A stretch of 64,000 nt of DNA from assembly GCA_018662825.1 (NCBI GenBank), contig JABJFI010000032.1, positions 50-64,049 of the forward strand, read 5' to 3'. Shown here in pieces: positions 27,467 through 35,652 of this stretch. The position numbers were made by a program, and so were the translations under genes. The notes beneath the pieces were generated by a model that was not told where the DNA came from, did no database searches, and worked only from the letters and a program-made list of their open reading frames with translations. The DNA comes from Methanobacteriota archaeon (GTDB lineage Archaea > Thermoplasmatota > Poseidoniia > Poseidoniales > Poseidoniaceae). The stretch's first letter is position 1. Each line of letters opens with the position of its first letter.

Positions 27467-28855
27467 ATGTCGGCTCTTGAGGAGATTGAGGAACAACTTG
27501 CTTCTGAGCATCCTTCATTGCCTTCAGAAGTTTATTCCACACTTGAAAAAAGTGCATTATGGCTTACACTTATTGGGCTCGGCCTTTTTGCAGTTGGTTT
27601 CGTGGCTGTGAATGATTTTGTTTGGACCGATGGCCTCAAGCCAATTGTCTGGGATCCCATCATGGAAGATGCCGGTTCTGCTGGCGATGCTGATTATAAC
27701 CCGATGAATACAATGCTATACACTTTCAGCATGTTGGCCAGTGTGCTTGTTCTTCAGGCGTTGTTTCGAAAAGCAAAATTCCCTGCTGATGACCGTATGC
27801 TTTTGGCACTCATTACTTGGGTGTGCCTTGCACCAGCATTACGGGTCTTAGAGGATGCAGATTTCTTTAGTTCTGAGATGGATTGGTTGTTTATTTCACC
27901 TATAATTCATCTTCATTTGGCTGCTTGGCTTGTTGTTGTAGCAGGACTTTCCCATTATCTCGCTTCGCAGTGGGATGGCATTGATACTGACCGTGTAGAA
28001 GCAAAAGTTAGAATTTCTCTATTGTCAATTCTTTCACTTGGATTGTTTTTACATTGGGCCTACCTGTATCAACCAGAATACACCAATCACGAGGGCATAG
28101 GGATGTTTTGGGTTATCGTGGGATTAGCCTCTGCCTTTGCAATACTCTTTGCAATTATTATCAAAACTAGAGGATGGCCTGCAATTACTAGAGGAATGCT
28201 TGCATTTGGTGCATCAGCCAGTATGCTTGGCTTTGCACATTGGCTTCAATTCCTTTCAACCCCATGGGCCCAAGAGAGTTCAAGGGTTTCTGAATCCATA
28301 GTTTGGTGGCCTCTTTTGGTTGTCTTTGGAATTCCTGGATTAGTCTGCTATGCGATGTATCAACGAGGTAAAGATGACGCACTTCAACTCCAACTTACAG
28401 GTTATGAAGCCGGTGTACTTCCACAAGGAATCAGTCTCAAAGCATGGGAGGATGCAGGTGATGAAATTCAACACCACCCCGTCGAGATGCTTTCAAGAAC
28501 CGCTCTTCTCGCAAGTCCAATGGTTTTAGCAATGGTGTTTGGCCAATTATGCGATGGATTTGCGACAATGGTCGGAATCGACTTTTTTGGTTATGGAGAA
28601 AAACACGTTGTCAGTAATCAAGTAATCCAATATGGGTCTGAAGTGAACACAATGCTTGGCATTGAGTTCGGCAAAGGGGCTTGGTTGTTCGTTCTTTTGA
28701 AAGCGACATTGGTAGCAGCAATCACTTGGATGTTCATTGAAATGAAAGTTGAAAAAAGGCAACGTCATATCCGCATTCTCATCGTTTTGGCCGTTCTAAT
28801 CGTCGGATTGGCTCCTGGATTGCGAGACATCGGCCGACTCATGCTCGGAGTATAG
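27467..28855 (+). CDS. polytopic membrane protein, possibly DUF63 family
   Basis: About 10 hydrophobic helices. The C-terminal region LCDGFATMVGIDFFGYGEKHVVSN is reminiscent of archaeal DUF63 proteins. Family assignment is from memory and unverified. Confidence 0.4.
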   Translation: MSALEEIEEQLASEHPSLPSEVYSTLEKSALWLTLIGLGLFAVGFVAVNDFVWTDGLKPIVWDPIMEDAGSAGDADYNPMNTMLYTFSMLASVLVLQALFRKAKFPADDRMLLALITWVCLAPALRVLEDADFFSSEMDWLFISPIIHLHLAAWLVVVAGLSHYLASQWDGIDTDRVEAKVRISLLSILSLGLFLHWAYLYQPEYTNHEGIGMFWVIVGLASAFAILFAIIIKTRGWPAITRGMLAFGASASMLGFAHWLQFLSTPWAQESSRVSESIVWWPLLVVFGIPGLVCYAMYQRGKDDALQLQLTGYEAGVLPQGISLKAWEDAGDEIQHHPVEMLSRTALLASPMVLAMVFGQLCDGFATMVGIDFFGYGEKHVVSNQVIQYGSEVNTMLGIEFGKGAWLFVLLKATLVAAITWMFIEMKVEKRQRHIRILIVLAVLIVGLAPGLRDIGRLMLGV

Positions 28856-28930
28856 GAACAATTGTTCCGATAACCTGCACTGTAGTAGTGTTAAAGACGG
28901 CCGCCGCCTCCCTTGATATGAGGGGTGAAG

Positions 28931-30541
28931 ATGGACCGATTACCTACCCGTGTGAATCGCAGCGACCCTGAGTTCGTAGAACACAAAGTGTTCAACCAAA
29001 CTCTCATTGATACTTTACAGGAGCGTTTGGCAGTCGCATCAAATGGCGGGGGCGGCAAATATGTTGAACGACACCGAAGTCGAAACAAACTTCTTGCACG
29101 GGAGCGAATTGAACGTATTATCGACCCTGGGACTGCTTTTTTGGAACTTTCACCTCTTGCTGCTTTCGAACTTTATGATGGCCGCGCACATTCTGCGGGA
29201 ATTGTTACGGGCGTGGGAATGGTTCATGGTCGAGAGTGCCTATTTGTGGCGAATGATGCTACGGTGAAAGGCGGTTCTTACTATCCAATGACCGTGAAGA
29301 AACATATTCGGGCTCAAACTGTGGCTCATGAGAACCATTTGCCATGTATCTACCTTGTTGATTCAGGTGGAGCATTTCTCCCAATGCAAGACGAAGTCTT
29401 CCCAGACATCGGCCATTTTGGCCGGATATTCCGCAATCAAGCTCGTATGTCGGGAGATAAAATTCCGCAAATAGCAGCCGTCTTAGGTTCGTGTACTGCT
29501 GGTGGTGCTTATGTTCCCGCAATGAGCGACGAATCGATTATTGTCAAAGGAAACGGGACAATTTTCCTTGCAGGCCCTCCATTAGTGAAGGCTGCAACAG
29601 GCGAAGAAGTCACTGCAGAAGAGTTAGGTGGAGCGGACGTACACACTTCACAATCAGGTGTAGCCGACCATTTCGCCGAAGATGAAAATGAGGCTTTACG
29701 AATGGTTCGCAACGTCGTAGAGAATCTTGGCCCTCGAGAACTCGCTCCTTCTGCAAGCGTAGCCCCAGAGGCCCCGGCCCACGATGTAGATGATTTACTC
29801 GGTTTGATTCCAAATGATAATCGAACACCGTTTGATATCAAAGAAATCATTGCACGTATTGTAGACGGCTCACGATTCCATGAATTTAAATCCCGATATG
29901 GCACGACATTGGTTTGTGGATTTGCCCACATTCATGGCCATAAGGTCGGCATTGTAGCCAATAATGGGATTTTGTTTTCCGAATCATCCTTGAAAGGAGC
30001 CCACTTTGTTGAATTATGTGGTCAGCGAGGAATCCCCCTCGTCTTTTTACAAAACATCACTGGATTCATGGTTGGTAAAGCGTATGAAGCCGGCGGTATC
30101 GCAAAAGATGGAGCCAAACTTGTTACTGCAGTATCATGCGTCAATGTTCCTAAATTGACAGTGATTATTGGAGGCTCACATGGTGCAGGAAACTACGGAA
30201 TGTGTGGTCGGGCCTACGACCCGCGCTTCTTGTTCATGTGGCCAAACAGCCGAATATCAGTAATGGGCGGGCCTCAGGCTGCAGATGTTTTGACTACTGT
30301 CAAGCAAGACCAACGTGTTCGAGAAAGCCTACCTGCGATGGTAGGGGAAGAACTCGAATCATTCCGTGCACCAATCCTTGAGAAATATGAAACTGAAGGA
30401 AGCCCCTATTATTCAACGGCTCGACTTTGGGATGATGGAATAATCGATCCCCGAGATACTCGAGATGTCCTAGGGTTGTGTTTGGCAACGGCGCGAAATG
30501 CCCCCCTCCCAGATGACCGCTTCGGCGTTTTCAGAATGTGA
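28931..30541 (+). CDS. acyl-CoA carboxylase carboxyltransferase (beta) subunit, methylcrotonyl-CoA carboxylase-like
   Basis: N-terminus [50 protein letters not shown] and [30 protein letters not shown] closely resemble MCC-beta. The ORF track GTG is at 28925. Confidence 0.85.
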   Translation: MDRLPTRVNRSDPEFVEHKVFNQTLIDTLQERLAVASNGGGGKYVERHRSRNKLLARERIERIIDPGTAFLELSPLAAFELYDGRAHSAGIVTGVGMVHGRECLFVANDATVKGGSYYPMTVKKHIRAQTVAHENHLPCIYLVDSGGAFLPMQDEVFPDIGHFGRIFRNQARMSGDKIPQIAAVLGSCTAGGAYVPAMSDESIIVKGNGTIFLAGPPLVKAATGEEVTAEELGGADVHTSQSGVADHFAEDENEALRMVRNVVENLGPRELAPSASVAPEAPAHDVDDLLGLIPNDNRTPFDIKEIIARIVDGSRFHEFKSRYGTTLVCGFAHIHGHKVGIVANNGILFSESSLKGAHFVELCGQRGIPLVFLQNITGFMVGKAYEAGGIAKDGAKLVTAVSCVNVPKLTVIIGGSHGAGNYGMCGRAYDPRFLFMWPNSRISVMGGPQAADVLTTVKQDQRVRESLPAMVGEELESFRAPILEKYETEGSPYYSTARLWDDGIIDPRDTRDVLGLCLATARNAPLPDDRFGVFRM

Positions 30542-30586
30542 TATATTTTCAATTAAAAAATTAAAAATGCAATTGGAGTTTTTAAG

Positions 30587-31441
30587 ATGATAATGGATAC
30601 ACCGCCACCGACAGAATTGGTAACAATCGAAATACAAGGCTCTGGATGCCACATAATATTAGACCGTGAAGACAAGTTTAACGCCCTTAATGTTCAGATG
30701 ATTACTGAATTGTGTACTTTGTTTGAATGGACTGCTGAGCGTAGTGTCGGCATTCAAGGCGAACTTGCCGATTCAAATGGAGTATCGTTTCTTCGAACTC
30801 TAGTTCTGTCTGGGGCAGGGCGTCATTTCTGCGCAGGTGCAGACATCAACATGATGCGCGATGCAGGCGCCAATTCTCCTGAAGAAAACCGAGTTGATTC
30901 CGAACGCCTTGACCGACTATTCAACGGCCTGTGGTCACATCCCTGTTTTACCATCGGGGCAATTCAAGGAGTCGCTTTAGGAGGGGGGGCTGGACTTGTA
31001 GCATGTTTAGACCATGTCATTGCGACATCAAATGTCAAAATCGCTCTTTCTGAAGGTAAACTCGGAATTCTTCCTGCAGTCATTGGGCCCTATGTCTACC
31101 GTCGTCTTGGCTCAGCATGTTTCCGTAGACTTGCTATGCAAGCCAGTCGAATCGATGCTACTGAAGCACTTCGAACTGGATTTATTGAAGCAGTGGTCGA
31201 TACGCCCGATGACCTCTCACCAGAAGTTGATGTTTTGATTGAAGAAGTTCTTGGAACGGGTCCTCAAGCGGTAACATTGGCCAAAGAATTGACACTTGAA
31301 TTCGACCGATGGACTGGAAGTGATGAAGAGTTGCGAGAATTCACTCTTGATTTTACCAGTAGAATGCGTGGTTCAAAAGAGGGTCAAGAAGGCCTTTCTT
31401 CATTCCTCGACAAACGTCCTGCAAACTGGAAAAACGAATGA
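30587..31441 (+). CDS. enoyl-CoA hydratase/crotonase family (methylglutaconyl-CoA hydratase-like by context)
   Basis: LVLSGAGRHFCAGADINMM and GAIQGVALGGGAGLVACLD are crotonase oxyanion-hole motifs. The gene lies between the carboxylase subunits. Confidence 0.8.
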   Translation: MIMDTPPPTELVTIEIQGSGCHIILDREDKFNALNVQMITELCTLFEWTAERSVGIQGELADSNGVSFLRTLVLSGAGRHFCAGADINMMRDAGANSPEENRVDSERLDRLFNGLWSHPCFTIGAIQGVALGGGAGLVACLDHVIATSNVKIALSEGKLGILPAVIGPYVYRRLGSACFRRLAMQASRIDATEALRTGFIEAVVDTPDDLSPEVDVLIEEVLGTGPQAVTLAKELTLEFDRWTGSDEELREFTLDFTSRMRGSKEGQEGLSSFLDKRPANWKNE

Positions 31442-31450
31442 GGGGACGCA

Positions 31451-32962
31451 ATGGTAAGCAAAGTCTTGGTTGCAAATCGAGGTGAAATTGCTTGTCGAAT
31501 TTTACGTGCTTGCCGTGAAGCAGGCCTTACGAGTGTGGCTATTTATGCTGCGAATGATTCGAAGTCACTATTTGTCGAACTTGCAGACCAAGCCATTCTT
31601 TTGGAAGGAGATTCAATTACTGAAACCTACCTCAATCAGAGACAAATTTTGGAGATCGCAGAATCTACTGGCGCAGATGCACTGCACCCCGGATTCGGTT
31701 TTCTCTCAGAACGAGCAGATTTTGCTCGTGCAGTCACTCAAGCAGGGATACAATGGATTGGGCCAAGTCCATCAGCCATCGAAAAAATGGGCGACAAAAT
31801 GACCGCTCGAATCACCATGAGAGATGCTGGAGTGCCCGTTATTCCTGGCGAAGAGATTGAGACAGAAGATGAAACTGAAGCTCTTATCGCCATAGAGCAA
31901 GCCAGTACACGCGTTGGCTACCCTTTGTTGCTCAAAGCCTCATCTGGTGGCGGCGGTAAAGGAATGCGTGCTGTTGAACACCCTGAAGATCTACTTGAAG
32001 CGGCCCGAAGTGCACGCCGTGAAGCCTTAGCAGCATTTGGTGATGGCCGAGTCTACCTTGAACGATTACTCACAGGTTCGAAGCATGTCGAAATTCAAAT
32101 CCTTGCTGACCGTCATGGGCGCATCATTCATCTTGGAGAGCGGGAATGCAGTGTTCAACGTCGCCATCAAAAAGTGTTCGAAGAAGCACCGTGTTCTACA
32201 ATGACTGAAGAGATTCGTTCTGCAATGGGTAAAGCAGCAGTTGCAGCAGCCATGGCAGTTAATTATGAAGGGGCAGGAACCGTTGAATTTTTACTTGCAC
32301 CATCCGGTGAATTTTTCTTCCTTGAAATGAATACTCGCATACAGGTTGAACATCCTGTGACTGAATTGGTTACAGGTGTTGATATTGTCCGAGAGCAGTT
32401 GCGTATTGCAGCAGGAGAGCCAATGTCTTGTGGAGAATTGCATATGCGTGGCCACGCAATAGAAGTTCGTCTCTATGCTGAAGACGCAGCACAGAATTTC
32501 CTACCTGCCATAGGGCCGCTCGCTGTATTTCAACCACCAGAAGGGCCGGGAATACGTTTGGATACAGGCGTGCGTGAAGGTGATGAAGTCACTCCTAATT
32601 ACGACCCAATGTTGGCCAAACTGATTGTTTGGGCACCATCACGCGATGAAGCCTTACAACGTATGCGACGCGCCTTGGATGAATTCGTAGTATTAGGAAC
32701 GACGACCAATATTCGGTTTTTGCGGGAACTATGTGATGTGCCTGATGTTGTAGAGGGAACAACAGACACGACGATGATTGACCGTTTATGGCCTGAAGGC
32801 TGGTCGCCATCACTCCCGATTGAATTTGAGGATGGCGCTCTAATGGCAGCAGCAGTCGCTGAAAGCGCAGGCCTACATCGTCAATCCACCTCAATGGCTG
32901 AATCCAATGAACACACAGGCCCAGTTAGCCCCTTCATGACGCTGAATAGGAGGTATCCTTGA
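31451..32962 (+). CDS. biotin carboxylase subunit of an acyl-CoA carboxylase (alpha chain lacking BCCP)
   Basis: KVLVANRGEIACRILRACREAG, GYPLLLKASSGGGGKGMR, ERECSVQRRHQKVFEEAP and EMNTRIQVEHPVTE. Confidence 0.9.
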   Translation: MVSKVLVANRGEIACRILRACREAGLTSVAIYAANDSKSLFVELADQAILLEGDSITETYLNQRQILEIAESTGADALHPGFGFLSERADFARAVTQAGIQWIGPSPSAIEKMGDKMTARITMRDAGVPVIPGEEIETEDETEALIAIEQASTRVGYPLLLKASSGGGGKGMRAVEHPEDLLEAARSARREALAAFGDGRVYLERLLTGSKHVEIQILADRHGRIIHLGERECSVQRRHQKVFEEAPCSTMTEEIRSAMGKAAVAAAMAVNYEGAGTVEFLLAPSGEFFFLEMNTRIQVEHPVTELVTGVDIVREQLRIAAGEPMSCGELHMRGHAIEVRLYAEDAAQNFLPAIGPLAVFQPPEGPGIRLDTGVREGDEVTPNYDPMLAKLIVWAPSRDEALQRMRRALDEFVVLGTTTNIRFLRELCDVPDVVEGTTDTTMIDRLWPEGWSPSLPIEFEDGALMAAAVAESAGLHRQSTSMAESNEHTGPVSPFMTLNRRYP

Positions 32963-33432
32963 TGCAACATCAATTTAGAACAGAGCAAGGGTCTGTTGAA
33001 GTCATCGTTGCCAAGCAAGGAAATGTTTGGCATCTTGGCGAACACCAAGCCACGGTCGAATCCGATGGCCGATTACGCATTCATCTTGCAAGTGGTGCCT
33101 CAGGCTTAGCAACAGTTGCCAAAGTTGGTGACACATGGTGGATTCATTTTGAAGGGCATACCTTCTGTTTGGAACGAATTGAGCCGGGCGCTTCCCAGTC
33201 TGGAGAGGAGGGTGGCTTAACCGCACCAATGCCAGGTAAGGTCATCGACGTTCTGGTTAAAGTCGGCCAAGCTGTCGAAGCAGGTCAAACACTGATGGTT
33301 CTGGAAGCAATGAAAATGGAGCATAGGATTCTTGCATCAACATCTGGCCACATAAAGGGGATACATTTTGCAGCAGGTGAACAAGTACAGCAAGGTTCAG
33401 TTTTACTTGAAATAGATGAAGACGAAGATTAA
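32959..33432 (+). CDS. biotin carboxyl carrier protein (separate BT-like + biotinyl domain)
   Basis: Biotinylation motif LEAMKMEH within PMPGKVIDVLVKVGQAVEAGQTLMVLEAMKMEHRI. The start overlaps the upstream stop (TGATG). Confidence 0.88.
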   Translation: MMQHQFRTEQGSVEVIVAKQGNVWHLGEHQATVESDGRLRIHLASGASGLATVAKVGDTWWIHFEGHTFCLERIEPGASQSGEEGGLTAPMPGKVIDVLVKVGQAVEAGQTLMVLEAMKMEHRILASTSGHIKGIHFAAGEQVQQGSVLLEIDEDED

Positions 33433-34310
33433 CGGTTCCGCCAATTTCCAGAAATAATTTCTTGATATTCAATTCCTTCTTCTTGATTATAGACATAGGT
33501 CCATGCCCATTCAGTACCGTGTTCAGTTTCGATTTGAACAATGGTACGAGAAAATAACGAGTGCTCAGAATCATAGCCATAGAACCCCTCAATAGAATCC
33601 AAAGTTTGTAAAGTAGGATACACTTGATCGATTTGATAGATTTCACCTTGAATCACACCATTATCACTTGCAATCATTCCTGGATAGTTGCCAAGGTCGA
33701 GAATTGTTCCACTTGCCGTGGCTGAAATACCTTCACCCACACAGTATTCTACCAATGTAGAATGCCGTTGTTCCCCATGCATGAGGGTCCCATAGACGAA
33801 AAGATTCTCTATCGGATAACTTGGGGTAAAGTTTTCAATAGCGTTTTTTAATTCTTCAATTGGAAGTTTTCTCTTTTTTAGCCCATTGATGATAAGAGTG
33901 GAGTACGTGGTTGTTGGTTGAATAAAGCGATTCTCTTTGCGTTTCTCAGTGACACAATAAGTCAACGCGTCTACAAATGTTCCATTTGGTAAAATCACCT
34001 GCACCTTTCTACGTTCATATGCTTCGAACTTGATTCCCTCTTTTTGGTCCATGGCCTTTAATGTGGCATCATCCATTCGAAACAAGACACCAGGAACTGC
34101 GTGCCCCCGTCCCGTTTCCACCACATCTGCGGCACCACCTTCTCTACTCCTTGAATAATAGTGAAATTTCATCGAATAGTTTGGTAGCCAACACGAACTG
34201 ACTTCGACCAATCCTTCAAATCGAAGATTTTTCTTTTCACACCAAGACTTCCAATCATCCCAATCGAGGTTGGAGCCGTAGCCAAAATACAGGGTTCCGC
34301 CATCTTCCAT
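33429..34310 (-). CDS. tandem gamma-glutamylcyclotransferase / AIG2-like (GGCT + GGACT-type) fusion protein
   Basis: Domain 1: LYFGYGSNLDWDDW...GVLFRMD...LDQKEG. Domain 2: LFVYGTLMHGEQRH...GNYPGMI...IQGEIYQI...LDSIEGF. Confidence 0.7.
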   Translation of the reverse strand: MEDGGTLYFGYGSNLDWDDWKSWCEKKNLRFEGLVEVSSCWLPNYSMKFHYYSRSREGGAADVVETGRGHAVPGVLFRMDDATLKAMDQKEGIKFEAYERRKVQVILPNGTFVDALTYCVTEKRKENRFIQPTTTYSTLIINGLKKRKLPIEELKNAIENFTPSYPIENLFVYGTLMHGEQRHSTLVEYCVGEGISATASGTILDLGNYPGMIASDNGVIQGEIYQIDQVYPTLQTLDSIEGFYGYDSEHSLFSRTIVQIETEHGTEWAWTYVYNQEEGIEYQEIISGNWRNR

Positions 34311-34350
34311 GTGTTGTCAGTGGCGCAAGAATATATCAAATCTTACCGAA

Positions 34351-35643
34351 TTATCCCCAACTGCAGGGTTCAAGAATTTCTTGTCCACCCATTAAGGATT
34401 GCAAAACTTGAGGAATTCTAACACGCCCATCTTCCATCTGGTTTTGCTCCATAATGGCAACCAATGCACGTGATGTAGCAACAGCGGTTGAATTGAGGGT
34501 GTGAGCAATTGGTTGTCCTGCATGACCAGGTTGGCCATAGCGGATTTGTAAACGGTTTGCTTGATAATCAGTGCAGTTCGAGCACGATACGATTTCTTTG
34601 TATTGATTTGCACCAGGAATCCATGCTTCAAGGTCATATTTTCTTGCAGCAACAGTGCCCATATCACCCGTACAAATATTCACGACCTCGTAATGCATTT
34701 CTAGTGCATCCCAGAGGTCAAGACAGTTCTGTAACAATTCTTCTTGAAGGGCCCAGGATTGTTCAGGGCTTGCAATTATGATTTGTTCAATTTTTGTGAA
34801 CTGATGAACACGCCAAATTCCTAGATCAGATTGGCCATGAGAACCGACTTCCCTTCGAAAGCACGGCGAGACGCCTACGATACGTAAAGGCAAGTCATTT
34901 TCAGGAATAGTTTCACCCATGAACATGGCAGTAAGGGGGTGTTCTGATGTCGCAATCATGTAGTAATTATCTGGCTCAACACCATACATGACCGTCTCGA
35001 AATCCGATAGGTCGGTTACACCTTCGTAGGCTTCGCGATTCATCATAACTGGAGGCTGGACAAAAGTATAGCCACGTTCACGGATAAAATTGACAGCAAA
35101 TTGTTGCAAAGCAAAATCGAGTCTTGCCAAGTCACCTTTGAGGAAGTAGAACCGACTTCCAACAATTTTCGCAGCACGTTTGAGGTCAACCCATTTATTC
35201 ATCTCAATGAGCTCATTGTGAGTACGAGGTTCAAATTCAAAGGTTGGTTTTTGCCCGTGCACGCTGTGTTGGGTATTACCTGATTCATCAGCACCGACCG
35301 GAACATCTGGATGAAGAATATTTGGAATACTCATTCGAAGACGGTCTCGTTCTGCCATTGCTTGGTCAGTTTTATGTTCCATTTCAGTAATCTGTGCACC
35401 TAAATCAGCAACTTCTGCAAGAATGCGTTGAGCCGCTTGCTCATCACCAGACTTCTTTGCCGCACCAATGCCGCGAGCAGCAGTGTTTTTCTGTGCACGA
35501 AGTTGATTTGTATCGTGTTGAAGATTAATCCATTGTTGGTCGTAAGCAATGACTTGGTCAATTTTATCATGAGGAATTCCACGTTTGTCATGGTCCTTAC
35601 GTATGATATCTGGTTCATTTCGGAACAAGTTCATATCAAGCAT
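34351..35643 (-). CDS. serS: seryl-tRNA synthetase
   Basis: N-terminal coiled-coil arm (MLDMNLFRNEPDIIRKDHDKRG...). Class II motifs FRREVGSHG, TGDMGTVAARKYDLEAW and GYGQPGHAG...LNSTAVATSRALVAIMEQ. Confidence 0.92.
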   Translation of the reverse strand: MLDMNLFRNEPDIIRKDHDKRGIPHDKIDQVIAYDQQWINLQHDTNQLRAQKNTAARGIGAAKKSGDEQAAQRILAEVADLGAQITEMEHKTDQAMAERDRLRMSIPNILHPDVPVGADESGNTQHSVHGQKPTFEFEPRTHNELIEMNKWVDLKRAAKIVGSRFYFLKGDLARLDFALQQFAVNFIRERGYTFVQPPVMMNREAYEGVTDLSDFETVMYGVEPDNYYMIATSEHPLTAMFMGETIPENDLPLRIVGVSPCFRREVGSHGQSDLGIWRVHQFTKIEQIIIASPEQSWALQEELLQNCLDLWDALEMHYEVVNICTGDMGTVAARKYDLEAWIPGANQYKEIVSCSNCTDYQANRLQIRYGQPGHAGQPIAHTLNSTAVATSRALVAIMEQNQMEDGRVRIPQVLQSLMGGQEILEPCSWG

Positions 35644-35652
35644 ATTTCCACC

